Assembly: GCF_036379515.1 (NCBI RefSeq)
Contig: NZ_DASVGN010000036.1
Span: 3,007 to 67,006, forward strand
DNA: 64,000 nt
Reading direction: 5' to 3'
Source: Castellaniella sp.
GTDB lineage: Bacteria > Pseudomonadota > Gammaproteobacteria > Burkholderiales > Burkholderiaceae_B
The notes under the pieces are model-generated. The model was not told the origin of the DNA, made no database searches, and was given only the letters and a program-made list of their open reading frames with translations. The stretch's first letter is position 1, and each line of letters opens with the position of its first letter. This document shows positions 45,863 through 55,794 of this stretch, piece after piece. Made by a program: the position numbers and the translations under genes.

Positions 45863-46441
45863 ATGGAAGCTCTCCTCGTATCGATCGGCGTAGTGGCCCT
45901 TGCCGAAATCGGCGATAAAACTCAACTTTTGGCCTTCGTGCTTGCGGCGCGCTTCAAAAAGCCGCTGCCCATCATCCTCGGAATTCTCGCTGCCACCCTC
46001 GTCAATCATGGCCTGGCCGGCGCTCTGGGTGCGTGGATCACCACCGCCGTAAACCCCGAGGTCCTGCGCTGGGTGCTGGGATTCTCGTTCATCGGGATGG
46101 CCGTCTGGACGCTGATTCCAGACAAGATGGATGAGGAGGAGACCGCAACGGTCAAAAAATTCGGCGTTTTCGGCGCCACCCTGATTACTTTCTTTCTTGC
46201 GGAAATGGGCGATAAAACACAGATCGCAACGGTGGCCATGGCCGCGCACTTCGGGACCCCGATCCTTGTGGTTCTCGGTACGACGATCGGCATGCTGATC
46301 GCCGACGTGCCCGCTGTCTTCCTGGGCGGGAAGTTCGCCTCGAAGATTCCGATGAAGCTTGTGCACACGGTTGCCGCAATCGTCTTCGCGGTGCTGGGCG
46401 TCGTGACCCTGCTGGGTTCGGGCTCGATACTCAAGTTCTAA
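45863..46441 (+). CDS. GDT1/TMEM165 (UPF0016) family cation (Mn/Ca) transporter
   Basis: Duplicated E-x-G-D-K-T motif (LAEIGDKTQLL and LAEMGDKTQIA). Only the last 192 codons of the 456-aa track ORF are credible. Confidence 0.85.
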   Translation: MEALLVSIGVVALAEIGDKTQLLAFVLAARFKKPLPIILGILAATLVNHGLAGALGAWITTAVNPEVLRWVLGFSFIGMAVWTLIPDKMDEEETATVKKFGVFGATLITFFLAEMGDKTQIATVAMAAHFGTPILVVLGTTIGMLIADVPAVFLGGKFASKIPMKLVHTVAAIVFAVLGVVTLLGSGSILKF

Positions 46442-46522
46442 CGGAACGTCGGCCCGCTAGGACGCGCTGAAAGCAGCTCGCAGCCGCCTGCGACGCGTCC
46501 CGCAGCCCGGCGAAATCCTCCG

Positions 46523-47587
46523 TTACGGATGCCGGTGCCGGTGATGGATATCGGGATAGTGCGGGTGGCTATGCGTGATGGGCGCGTGAGTGTGCTCATG
46601 CGTGTGCGGCTCACGCCCATCCCACGGAAAATCATGCGTGTGCTGATGATGAGCGTCATGCACATGGCGGTGAGTATGGGTGATTGCCTCGTGCGTGTGC
46701 ATGTGCTCATGGCGTTCCGCAAGGTGGAGCCAGACGCCGCCCGCCATGAGGACGAACACCACCCAGAAGACTCCGCCAACCTGCTCGCCAAAAAACAGAA
46801 TGGCGATCGCGGCTCCGATGAAAGGAGCCGTTGAAAAATACGCCCCCGTGCGGGCTGTCCCCAGCCCTCGTAGGGCCAGCACGAACAAGACCAGACTCAC
46901 CCCGTAGCCCAGCAAGCCCACTGTCATGGCTTCGCCCACAGCCACAGTACCGGGAAGCGCAGCACCCAAAGCCAAAGCAATGCCCGTGTTCACGACCCCA
47001 GCCACCATCCCCTTGAGGCCTGCGAGGAACAGGGCATCCGAGGCTGATACCTTGCGGGTGAAGTTATTGTCCAGCGCCCAGCACAAGCAGGCACCAGCGA
47101 TAAAGAGGCTTCCCCTGCTCCAGCCACTGGTGCTCTGCTGCGTATCCGGCCAAGCAAGCAGCACGGCGCCGACCACAATCACGATCATGCCCAGCACAAC
47201 ATTGCGGTCCGTATTTTCCCGAAATACCACCCAGGCAATGACAGCCGTGAGCACGGCTTCGAGGTTAAGGAGCAGTGAGGCTGCGGCCGCCGACGTCGTT
47301 GCAAGGCCCCACATCAGCAAGAGAGGCCCCGATACGCCACCAAGCCCGATAGCAAGGGCAAGCCACCCCCACTCGGATCGCGACAGCGACGGCATACGCC
47401 AGCCACGATCGCGCAGCAGCCGGATCAACCCAAGCCCGATGCCGCTACCAAGATAAAGAAGCCCGGCAAGCAGAACAGGTGAGGTGCCCTTCAGCAGCAC
47501 TTTGGCAAACGGCGTGCTGGCACCAAAGAGCGCAGCCGCGCCCAACGCTGCATAGACCGACGGCGACCAGGAGACACGGGTTTTCAT
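46523..47587 (-). CDS. EamA/DMT-family transporter with an extremely His-rich C-terminal tail
   Basis: ATG 47587. About ten TM helices, then a tail HLAERHEHMHTHEAITHTHRHVHDAHHQHTHDF...HTHEHTHAPITHSHPHYPDIHHRHRHP. Confidence 0.8.
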   Translation of the reverse strand: MKTRVSWSPSVYAALGAAALFGASTPFAKVLLKGTSPVLLAGLLYLGSGIGLGLIRLLRDRGWRMPSLSRSEWGWLALAIGLGGVSGPLLLMWGLATTSAAAASLLLNLEAVLTAVIAWVVFRENTDRNVVLGMIVIVVGAVLLAWPDTQQSTSGWSRGSLFIAGACLCWALDNNFTRKVSASDALFLAGLKGMVAGVVNTGIALALGAALPGTVAVGEAMTVGLLGYGVSLVLFVLALRGLGTARTGAYFSTAPFIGAAIAILFFGEQVGGVFWVVFVLMAGGVWLHLAERHEHMHTHEAITHTHRHVHDAHHQHTHDFPWDGREPHTHEHTHAPITHSHPHYPDIHHRHRHP

Positions 47588-47589
47588 AA

Positions 47590-47632
47590 GATCTATACTA
47601 TACCCCACTATCCTATAGAGCCATCCATCATC
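47590..47632. promoter_or_regulatory. Divergent promoter/operator region with a C-tract element (candidate CsoR/RcnR operator)
   Basis: TATACTATACCCCACTATCCTATAG contains a TA(C/T)-C4-A(C/G)TA-like core resembling RcnR/CsoR-type sites as recalled. Confidence 0.35.
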
Positions 47633-47911
47633 ATGAGCCATACCATCCAGGGAAAAGCCAAGCTGCTTGCCCGTGTGCGCCGCATTCGAGGCCAGGTAGA
47701 GGCCATCGAAAGGGGGCTGGACGCTGAAAAGGAATGTGCAGACATCCTGCATCAGGTGGCGGCGGTACAGGGCGCCACACGGGGCCTGATGACCGAACTC
47801 ATCGAAAGCCATATCAGAGGGCATGTCGCAAGCGCGGAGATTGCCAGCCAAGCCGACCGCGAGCAGGGTGCGAGTGAGCTCATTGATGCCATCCGAACTT
47901 ATTTGAAGTAG
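47633..47911 (+). CDS. CsoR/RcnR/FrmR-family metal-sensing repressor
   Basis: 92 aa. LLARVRRIRGQVEAIERGL...ECADILHQVAAVQGA...LIESHIRGH is the DUF156 fold and includes a conserved Cys and conserved His residues. Confidence 0.85.
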   Translation: MSHTIQGKAKLLARVRRIRGQVEAIERGLDAEKECADILHQVAAVQGATRGLMTELIESHIRGHVASAEIASQADREQGASELIDAIRTYLK

Positions 47912-47922
47912 GACAGGCTCAA

Positions 47923-49896
47923 ATGAACGATTCGTACAAAGTAGCCAGCCAGTCGCATTCAAGGCTTTCTCAGAAAGCGCCGCCTGTCGCTAAAACAGCC
48001 ACCCCTCAGGTGGGCCAACAAACAGCACCTGTAGATGACAATGATGCTCACGCAGAGCACCAAAACCCGCTGAGCTTGCTGGACGCCGCCCGCATTGCCG
48101 TGGTCTCCCTGGCAGCGCTGGCAGCCTGGTTTCATATAGGAGAGACGGCAGCGGGCTTTAGTGTGATCGGTGCCGCGGGTCTCGCAATAGGCGTGTGGCC
48201 GGTACTGAAGGAAGCCTTCGAAGGTCTCTCCTCACGGCGTATGACGATGGAACTCTCCATGGCCATCGCCATTATCGCCGCCGCCGCCATCTCGGAATTC
48301 TTCACGGCGCTCATCATCACGCTGTTCGTACTGGTCGCCGAAGTGCTGGAGAACATGACGGTCGCACGCGGCCGTCTGGCCATTCGGGAGCTCCTCGACT
48401 TCCTGCCACGCACCGTGTCGGTACGCAGCGCTCGCGGTGGTATTGCCGAAATCGAGGTCAAGCAGCTCGCCATAGGTGACGCCATACTGGTGAATCCGGG
48501 TGGACGCATCCCTGTCGATGGCGCGGTCACCGCAGGCCACTCATTCGTTGACCAATCGCGCATCACCGGCGAATCCATGCCGGCAGAAAAGACGATTGGC
48601 AGTCATGTCTTCGCAGGCTCCATCAATCAGTCGGGGGCACTCGAAGTCCAGGCTGAACACATCGGTCGCGATACAAGTTTTGGCAAGATCATCGAGGCTG
48701 TCGAGCAGGCCGAACGCTCACGCGCTCCAGTGCAACGCCTCGCTGACCGGCTCGCTGGCTACCTCGTGTATTTCGCACTGGGTGCCGCCGTACTGACTTA
48801 CTTCGTGACACGCGACATCCGCTCCACAATCGCCGTCGTCATCGTTGCAGGTGCCTGTGGCATTGCAGCTGGTACTCCTCTCGCCGTGCTCGGTGCCATC
48901 GGCCGCGCCGCACGGGCGGGAGCTATCATTAAAGGCGGGCTTTATCTGGAGCAGCTTGGGCAAGTAGACACCGTCGTCGTGGACAAGACCGGCACGTTGA
49001 CCTACGGGGAACCCCAAGTACAGGGACTTCTGCCCGCAGAAGGCGTGGCCACGGTAACACTGCTGGATGCTGCCGCTGCCGCAGAGCTGCGATCCGAACA
49101 CCCTCTGGGCAAGACCATCGTCGCCCACGCCAAAGCGCTCGGGCGCACAATCGCTGAGCCCGACCTCTTCGACTACACCCCAGGCCGCGGCATCAAAGCG
49201 ATGGTTTCAGGAGAACAGGTGCTCGCCGGAAACCTGAACCTTATGCGCGAGCAAGGCGTTTCAGTACCTGGGTCTTCGCTGACGAACGAGGCTACGGCCT
49301 CGCATATCTACGTTGCACGAGCGGGCGGCCTGCTGGGCGTCATCAGCGTTTCTGACCACGTACGAACGGAAGCCCCAGCGGCCATGGCTGCGATCCACGC
49401 ACTGGGCGTGCAGACAGTGCTATTGACGGGCGACACCGAAGCCGTCGCGCAGGACGTCGCTTCGCATCTTGGCATCACAAACGTCAAGGCAAACCTGCTG
49501 CCCGATGATAAGCGCACGATCGTACAGCGCCTCGTCGAATCAGGGCGCGTAGTGGCCATGGTGGGCGACGGGATCAACGATGCACCCGCGCTCATGCAGG
49601 CTCAAGTCGGGATCGCGATGGGCTCCGGTACCGATGTAGCCCGCGAAAGTGCTGATGTCGTGCTTCTTGGCAACGACCTGCTGAAATTTGCTGAAACCCT
49701 GCACATCGCGCGACGCACCCGTCGGATCATCTGGGCCAATTTCGCAGGAACCATCGGAATCGACCTGCTGGGTATCGGCCTCGCAGCCTTTGGATTGCTC
49801 AGCCCACTGCTGGCTGCGTTCATCCACGTCACCTCGGAGATGGTGTTCATCCTTAACTCAGCCCGACTCTTACCGAGCAGAACAGGCCTGCGATAA
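47923..49896 (+). CDS. Heavy-metal-translocating P1B-type ATPase lacking an N-terminal HMA domain
   Basis: TGES, DKTGTLT, GDGINDAP and VLLTGD motifs. The transmembrane metal-motif position reads G-A-C (nt 48850-48858) instead of CPC/SPC. Confidence 0.9.
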   Translation: MNDSYKVASQSHSRLSQKAPPVAKTATPQVGQQTAPVDDNDAHAEHQNPLSLLDAARIAVVSLAALAAWFHIGETAAGFSVIGAAGLAIGVWPVLKEAFEGLSSRRMTMELSMAIAIIAAAAISEFFTALIITLFVLVAEVLENMTVARGRLAIRELLDFLPRTVSVRSARGGIAEIEVKQLAIGDAILVNPGGRIPVDGAVTAGHSFVDQSRITGESMPAEKTIGSHVFAGSINQSGALEVQAEHIGRDTSFGKIIEAVEQAERSRAPVQRLADRLAGYLVYFALGAAVLTYFVTRDIRSTIAVVIVAGACGIAAGTPLAVLGAIGRAARAGAIIKGGLYLEQLGQVDTVVVDKTGTLTYGEPQVQGLLPAEGVATVTLLDAAAAAELRSEHPLGKTIVAHAKALGRTIAEPDLFDYTPGRGIKAMVSGEQVLAGNLNLMREQGVSVPGSSLTNEATASHIYVARAGGLLGVISVSDHVRTEAPAAMAAIHALGVQTVLLTGDTEAVAQDVASHLGITNVKANLLPDDKRTIVQRLVESGRVVAMVGDGINDAPALMQAQVGIAMGSGTDVARESADVVLLGNDLLKFAETLHIARRTRRIIWANFAGTIGIDLLGIGLAAFGLLSPLLAAFIHVTSEMVFILNSARLLPSRTGLR

Positions 49897-50074
49897 CACC
49901 GTGATCTGCCCCCGGCCTTTCACCTGGCAACTCAGATTCCGTGTGCTCCTGCTGATCATCTTGACGGCGAGGAACCACACTAGGCGCTACGCACCTCGAT
50001 GGGAGTGCGGCGCTCACCCTCCCCCCTCCGCAGCCTACGCTGGAACGGGAACCGGCTGTGAAAGCTCCCCTCCC

Positions 50075-50090
50075 ATGACAATTTTGTCAC
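50075..50090. promoter_or_regulatory. Palindrome ATGACAATTTTGTCAC (CusR-box-like)
   Basis: Lies about 110 nt upstream of the yncE-like gene that heads a cluster ending in a CusRS-type pair. Confidence 0.4.
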
Positions 50091-50198
50091 CGAAATGACA
50101 CGCTGTTGACAGAACGCGAGCCCTAGGATGCAAGGCACGACACGCAACAAACCACGTTGAACGCGTCACGCCCTACCATTCTCAGGAGCAAATGAACG

Positions 50199-51203
50199 AT
50201 GACATTGAGCAATCACCACCAGTTCCCACTCGCATGCCCACGCTGGTCCGCGTCTCGCCTCGCCCTGGTCGTCGCACTCTTCGCTGCCGCCCAGTGCGCA
50301 CAGGCGACGGCGCCATCCGACCTTTTCCCACAGCCCGTCTACACCACGGTCACCAAGGCCAACGCCGTTGAGAACATGGGGGCCGCCAAGAATCTTGGCG
50401 ACTTGCCCACTGCTCATTACGACGCCATCTCGGCCGACGGCAAACTGCTGATGGTGAGCAGCAGGGACCAGCCTGAAGCGTATCTGGTGGACGCACAGAG
50501 TGGGAAGAAGCTCGCTACCTACACGATCGGTAAAGTGCCTCAAGGCGTCGCAATCAGCCCCGACGGACGTTGGGGCATGGCGGTGGCAGCCGGTGAAGAC
50601 ACGGTGTCGGTCATCGACCTGAAGACCAGGGAGCTGATCAAAACGATCATGATTGGCAAAACTCCCCATAATGTTCGATTCACCCATGACAGCCAGACCG
50701 CTTACGTCACTCTGCAAGGGGGCGGCGTCGCAGTGGTGGACATGTCATCATTGAAAAAAGTAGACGAAATCCCCGTCCCTGGCGTCAAAGGCCCCCACAA
50801 CCTCGATCTCTCGCCCGATGAAAAAACGCTCTGGGTAAGAGACTTCGTCGGCAAGGTAGCGGCGGTGGACATCGCTTCACGCAAGGTAAAGGCGGTCATC
50901 CCCGTCGGGCTGGGCCATGGTGGCATTGATGTCACACCCGGCGGCAAGTACGTGGTCACCGGAGCAATCGCGGATCACGTCGTCGACGTCATTGATCCCA
51001 AAACTATGAAGATCATCAAGCGTGTCGATGTCGGCCAGGGGCCACACGGTGTTCGAGCCAGTGCAGACGGACGCTGGATATACGCGTCCGTCACCGGCAC
51101 GAATCGCATCGCCGTCATTGACGCCAACACACTGGATGTCGCCGAACAAGTCCCCACTAAAGGTGAAATTCCCTTCTGGCTCTCCGTCGTGGGCAACGAC
51201 TGA
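50199..51203 (+). CDS. YncE/YVTN-family beta-propeller repeat protein (secreted)
   Basis: Signal peptide and repeated ...P.GVA.SPDG.....V......V.VID motifs. Confidence 0.75.
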   Translation: MTLSNHHQFPLACPRWSASRLALVVALFAAAQCAQATAPSDLFPQPVYTTVTKANAVENMGAAKNLGDLPTAHYDAISADGKLLMVSSRDQPEAYLVDAQSGKKLATYTIGKVPQGVAISPDGRWGMAVAAGEDTVSVIDLKTRELIKTIMIGKTPHNVRFTHDSQTAYVTLQGGGVAVVDMSSLKKVDEIPVPGVKGPHNLDLSPDEKTLWVRDFVGKVAAVDIASRKVKAVIPVGLGHGGIDVTPGGKYVVTGAIADHVVDVIDPKTMKIIKRVDVGQGPHGVRASADGRWIYASVTGTNRIAVIDANTLDVAEQVPTKGEIPFWLSVVGND

Positions 51204-51266
51204 GCTCCTCGACTTACTGGGTTGGCGCCTCGCAGCGCCAACCCTCTACTACGGTATGAACACCTC

Positions 51267-51572
51267 ATGAAAAAACCCCACCCACACGTCATCCCACGCC
51301 GCCAAGCCTTACGTCAGCTTACTTTGATGGCAGGCACGGCAGCGGCGCTCCCACTGATGGGACTGCTCAGCTCCCGCTCTGCCGCGGCAGAAACCGCAGA
51401 CAAAGCCAGCAAGACCGCCGTGAAGTATCAGGACCACCCTGACGGCACATCGTTTTGCGCCAACTGCGCCAACTTCATCTCTGGGGCAGTTGCTGGAGCA
51501 CCAGGGACCTGTCTGGTCGTGGTGGGCGAAATCAGCCCTAAAGGATGGTGCCTTGCCTACGCTGCCGGGTGA
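51267..51572 (+). CDS. High-potential iron-sulfur protein (HiPIP) with Tat signal
   Basis: Tat-type signal (PRRQALRQL) and Cys pattern C-x2-C...C...WC (FCANCANF...GTCLVV...KGWCLAY). Confidence 0.7.
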   Translation: MKKPHPHVIPRRQALRQLTLMAGTAAALPLMGLLSSRSAAAETADKASKTAVKYQDHPDGTSFCANCANFISGAVAGAPGTCLVVVGEISPKGWCLAYAAG

Positions 51573-51624
51573 TAGTGGACACCCCGGGTTGCTAAGATAG
51601 GCTCTTCGTGATGAGGCTTTACGC

Positions 51625-52296
51625 ATGACTATTCTCGTCATTGAAGACGATATAAAAACGGGCGACTACCTTCAGAAAGGCTTGTCTGAATCGGGCTACA
51701 GTGTGGATCTGGCTCGTAACGGCATCGATGGCCTGCATCTGGCCCGCGAGCAGCGTTACGAGCTACTGATTCTCGATGTCATGCTGCCTGGAAAAGACGG
51801 CTGGCAGGTCATGGAGGAAATACGGCAGTCATCAGACGTGCCCGTCATTTTTCTCTCCGCCCGAGACCAGGTCCAGGACCGTATCCACGGCCTGCGACTC
51901 GGTGCGGATGACTATCTGGTCAAACCATTTTCCTTCACCGAGTTGATCTTGCGGGTGCATACCTTGCTGCGTCGTGGCGTCACGCATGAACCCACGACAT
52001 TGCGGTTGGCCGACCTGGAGCTGGACCCCATCCGGCGCAAAGTCACACGAAATGGTCTCACCATCCCACTGACGAACAAAGAATTCACGCTCCTGCACCT
52101 GCTCATGCGTCGACAGGGAGAAGCGCTGCCACGCACCGTCATCGCTTCGCAGGTTTGGGACATGAACTTCGACAGCGACACCAACGTCGTGGATGTCGCG
52201 ATCAAGCGCCTGCGTGCAAAAGTCGATACCCCCTTCGAACAGAAATTGATTCACACGGTTCGCAGTATTGGCTACATGCTTGTGGAAGATCCATGA
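51625..52296 (+). CDS. OmpR-family heavy-metal response regulator (CusR type)
   Basis: [22 protein letters not shown]...[13 protein letters not shown]. Clearly paralogous to the regulator at 32562-33242. Confidence 0.9.
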   Translation: MTILVIEDDIKTGDYLQKGLSESGYSVDLARNGIDGLHLAREQRYELLILDVMLPGKDGWQVMEEIRQSSDVPVIFLSARDQVQDRIHGLRLGADDYLVKPFSFTELILRVHTLLRRGVTHEPTTLRLADLELDPIRRKVTRNGLTIPLTNKEFTLLHLLMRRQGEALPRTVIASQVWDMNFDSDTNVVDVAIKRLRAKVDTPFEQKLIHTVRSIGYMLVEDP

Positions 52297-53729
52297 AGCG
52301 GCCTGTATTACGATCGCTCACGGCGCGCACCGCTACCCTCTTTGCCATTGTCTCCTGCCTAGTGGTTTCCGCGCTGGGGCTGTATTTGTACACCTCTGCA
52401 AAACAGGCCTTCGAAACTCGTGCGGATTACACGCTCGTTGGTCGCGTGGAGCGCTTTCGCACCCTGCTGCAGGATCTCTACAACGTCCGACAGATGGAAG
52501 AACGCCCCGCTCTTTTCGAGAGCATGCTGGGCAACGAACAGGATGTACGCATCTTCCAGCGTGTGGGAGACAAGCCGTTCATTGATGTGAATCCAGACCA
52601 CATGGCGGTGCCCCCCCTGGCGCCCGTACCGGTAGATCAGAATGTGGGTATCGGGGCACTGCGTATCGAGACACGTGACGACGGTGTCGGTGTGCGCTGG
52701 GTTTCCGCCTTGGCCAAGGTAGGAGGCCAAGCGGGCACGGTCAAAATCACAGCGGCCTATGTCATGACGCAAGAGTCGCAAATGCTTGCGGCCTATCGGC
52801 TGCGCGTCATGGGCGCCATTGTGCTTGCCGCACTGTTGAGTACGCTGCTGGGTTTCCTGCTGCTGAAGCACGGCCTGAGCCCCCTGAAGGTGATGGAACG
52901 GCGCGCCAAACAGGTCTCCCCTACCAGGCTCGCCGTGCGTCTGCCCGAGGAAGGCATGCCCTCGGAGCTGCTCCAACTCGCCCGCTCGTGCAACGCCATG
53001 CTGGATCGCATCCAGTCGGGTTACGAGCACCTGCTGCAATTCTCGGCAGATCTCGCGCACGAAATACGGACCCCCATCAATATCCTGATGGGCCAAACCC
53101 AGGTGGCGCTCGCGCAGACTCGCAGCGCGGTCAATTACGAAACACTGCTCGCATCCAATCTGGAAGAGTTGACCCGCATTGCGCATATCGTGGAGAACAT
53201 TCTCTTCCTGTCCCACGCCGACCGCGATGCCGTCGCACTAGAACGACAACCCATTCCGCTCTTGTCGGAGCTTGAGAAAATCGCAGATTACTTCGAGGGC
53301 TTGGCCGACGAACGGGGCATGTCCTTTACGGTCGAAGCAAGCGGTACAGGCTGCGCGAACGCCGTCATGTGCCGGCGTGCGGTCAACAATCTGGTAATCA
53401 ATGCCATCCGATACGGAATCCCAAGCACCTGTATCCGGCTGACGGCACACCCCAGCTCGCAGGGGTTCATGGTCAGCGTCGAGAACCATTGCACGCCGGT
53501 GGCACAAGCCGAAGCCGAGCGAATGTTCAGGCGCTTCTACCGCGGTGACAGCTCACGCAACCTACCCACTGAATCCAACGGTCTGGGCCTGGCCATCGTC
53601 GCTGCCATTATGGATATCCACGGCGGCCACGCGCGGGTTCAAGCGTACGAAGAAGGTCGTATTCAGTTTATTCTGGAGTTCCCCATCTCATCGCCGTCAA
53701 AAATTTCTCCGTCGGTCGAATATATGTAA
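52293..53729 (+). CDS. Heavy-metal sensor histidine kinase (CusS type)
   Basis: ATGA overlap with the regulator stop. H-box [16 protein letters not shown] and G-boxes [17 protein letters not shown]. Confidence 0.9.
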   Translation: MKRPVLRSLTARTATLFAIVSCLVVSALGLYLYTSAKQAFETRADYTLVGRVERFRTLLQDLYNVRQMEERPALFESMLGNEQDVRIFQRVGDKPFIDVNPDHMAVPPLAPVPVDQNVGIGALRIETRDDGVGVRWVSALAKVGGQAGTVKITAAYVMTQESQMLAAYRLRVMGAIVLAALLSTLLGFLLLKHGLSPLKVMERRAKQVSPTRLAVRLPEEGMPSELLQLARSCNAMLDRIQSGYEHLLQFSADLAHEIRTPINILMGQTQVALAQTRSAVNYETLLASNLEELTRIAHIVENILFLSHADRDAVALERQPIPLLSELEKIADYFEGLADERGMSFTVEASGTGCANAVMCRRAVNNLVINAIRYGIPSTCIRLTAHPSSQGFMVSVENHCTPVAQAEAERMFRRFYRGDSSRNLPTESNGLGLAIVAAIMDIHGGHARVQAYEEGRIQFILEFPISSPSKISPSVEYM

Positions 53730-54463
53730 CCCCCCCTTCTACCGCGTTGCTCCTGCGAGCCGACCACCCCCGCTACCGACCTAGAGCGGTCTTAACCCTC
53801 CGGGAACCAATCGCGTCAGCTGCTGTGCAGTTCGAAGGTAAAGCAGCTATCAGCGCGCGCTGCATCGTCGCCACTGCCAGGACAAAATCGTAAACGAAAT
53901 CTGGCAGATCAATCCGAAGCCAGACACAGAAGCCAAATAACCCATGCACCCGCTTCGCAGCAGTGCTAACTGGACCTACGCTGGCGGGCCTGATACTGCG
54001 CCTGAGACAATATGTGCATGCAACCTCTCCACTCATTACAACCTGTGCGCGACATGCAGTTATGCCACTTCCACGCCAATCACAATTGCTACACCGTGAT
54101 GTCGAAAAAGATCTGACCTTGATTCTCGTGGCCGCCGCTTGAAGTTAGTGCGGGTTACGATGTCGTTTCGAGCAAGATCCAGCTGTGCTCACCGTGCCAT
54201 CGTAGACGCGAAAACGACATACCAGCCCTTGGCGAGCCCTTATTCTCGTATTCGATAAGAACGTCACAACCGTACCCATGTACACCGAGAATACTTGGCC
54301 TCCAAAAGTCCTGCAGCTTTAGATGGACGCCAACTTGCAGCAGCAGAAGTAAGCTGGCTCTGCCTATCCCACGGCAACTTTCGGACTGACTCTCGTCCCT
54401 CGAACACAACTGCGTATTTCGCAAATGGCTGGTGGCTCATCTCTGCCAGCATATATATTAATT

Positions 54464-54475
54464 CAACAATTGTTG
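54464..54475. promoter_or_regulatory. Perfect 12-bp palindrome CAACAATTGTTG just upstream of arsR (candidate ArsR operator)
   Basis: Read from the sequence. It lies in an AT-rich stretch (ATATATATTAATT) and a TATCAT -10-like hexamer follows. Confidence 0.35.
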
Positions 54476-54487
54476 TATCATAGAACC

Positions 54488-54826
54488 ATGAACGAAACTC
54501 AGGTCATTTCTGCTCTCAGCGCGCTGGCCCACACCCAGCGTCTACGCACATTCCGCGCTCTGGTTGTCGCTGGCCCCGAGGGTCTAACACCCAGTGTCCT
54601 GGCCGAGCAGCTTGATGTCGCTCGCAACACGCTGTCCTTCCACCTGAAGGAACTGGCCCGCGCGGGGCTGGTCACCATCGAGCAACAGGGCCGCAACCTG
54701 ATCTATCGCGCCGATTTCGCCCAGATGAACGATCTGCTGGGCTACATGACAGAACACTGTTGCCAAGGTAATGCATGTGAAGTCACTGAATCTTCTCCCC
54801 CTTGTCCCTGTACTACATCCTGCTGA
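54488..54826 (+). CDS. arsR: ArsR-family metalloregulator
   Basis: ALAHTQRLRTFRALV...LSFHLKELARAGLV wHTH, and a Cys-rich C-terminus (HCCQGNAC...PPCPC). Confidence 0.85.
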   Translation: MNETQVISALSALAHTQRLRTFRALVVAGPEGLTPSVLAEQLDVARNTLSFHLKELARAGLVTIEQQGRNLIYRADFAQMNDLLGYMTEHCCQGNACEVTESSPPCPCTTSC

Positions 54827-54838
54827 AAGGAGCCTGTC

Positions 54839-55285
54839 ATGAAGCGCTTCCACGTCCACCTGCACGTCGATGACTTGACGCGCAGCATTAGTTTTTACTC
54901 TCAGCTCTTTGCCGCGCAGCCAGCACGCATCGAAAGCGACTACGCCAAATGGATGCTCGAGGACCCTCCTGTCAATTTTGCCATTTCCACGCGCGGCGAT
55001 ACGCCGGGCATCGACCACTTGGGCATCCAGACTGACAATGCCGAAGAATTGGCCTCCCTGAAAGCGCGCGCACATGCTGCCGATATGGCGTTGCTCGACG
55101 AAGGCACCACGACCTGCTGTTATGCGCGCAGTGAGAAGCACTGGGTCACCGACCCACAAGGGATTGCCTGGGAGCACTTCCACACGCTGGGCAACATCCC
55201 TGTGTTCCATGAGGCGACCTCATCTGCGACACCAGCTAGCGCAACAGCTTGCTGTGCAGCAAGCTCCCGTTCCTGCTGCAGTTGA
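54839..55285 (+). CDS. ArsI/CadI-family glyoxalase/VOC protein
   Basis: MKRFHVHLHVDDL...FYSQLF...IDHLGIQ plus the vicinal TCCYA motif characteristic of ArsI/CadI. Confidence 0.7.
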   Translation: MKRFHVHLHVDDLTRSISFYSQLFAAQPARIESDYAKWMLEDPPVNFAISTRGDTPGIDHLGIQTDNAEELASLKARAHAADMALLDEGTTTCCYARSEKHWVTDPQGIAWEHFHTLGNIPVFHEATSSATPASATACCAASSRSCCS

Positions 55286-55296
55286 GAAGACACTCC

Positions 55297-55794
55297 ATGG
55301 CTACAAACGTCCCGTACAACGTGTTGTTCATCTGCACGGGTAATTCCGCCCGATCCATCTTGGCTGAGGGCATCCTGAACGAATTGGGTGAAGGCCACTT
55401 TCACGCATATTCTGCAGGCAGCCAACCCAAGGGCGAAGTGCATCCGCTTGCACTCGCCACCTTGGAGAGGTTGCGCATGAAGGCGACCGGCTATCGCAGC
55501 AAGAGCTGGGACGAATTCGTTGCCCCTGGGGAGCCGGTATTCGACTTCGTTTTTACGGTTTGCGATAACGCCGCCGGCGAGACGTGTCCGTTCTGGCCGG
55601 GTAAGCCAGTCTCGGCGCACTGGGGCGTGCCCGACCCTGCGGTGGCCGAAGGCAGCGAAGAAGAGCGGCTCAAGGCATTCAAAGATGCTGCGCTGGCCTT
55701 GCGTCGGCGTATTGAGCTTTTCCTGTCGCTGTCGATCAAGCAGCTGGATGCTATGTCCTTGCAACGCGAGTTGCGCGACATCGGGAAGAAGTGA
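55297..55794 (+). CDS. arsC: Arsenate reductase, LMW-PTPase (thioredoxin-coupled) type
   Basis: P-loop VLFICTGNSARS and the downstream Cys pair (TVCDNAAGETCP). Confidence 0.85.
   Translation: MATNVPYNVLFICTGNSARSILAEGILNELGEGHFHAYSAGSQPKGEVHPLALATLERLRMKATGYRSKSWDEFVAPGEPVFDFVFTVCDNAAGETCPFWPGKPVSAHWGVPDPAVAEGSEEERLKAFKDAALALRRRIELFLSLSIKQLDAMSLQRELRDIGKK

Noticed and set aside
47588-47962. N-terminal 125-codon extension of the DMT transporter ORF (track start 47962)
   Set aside because: It would run antisense through the CsoR/RcnR-family gene and the shared promoter. The transporter's first TM helix begins right after ATG 47587.
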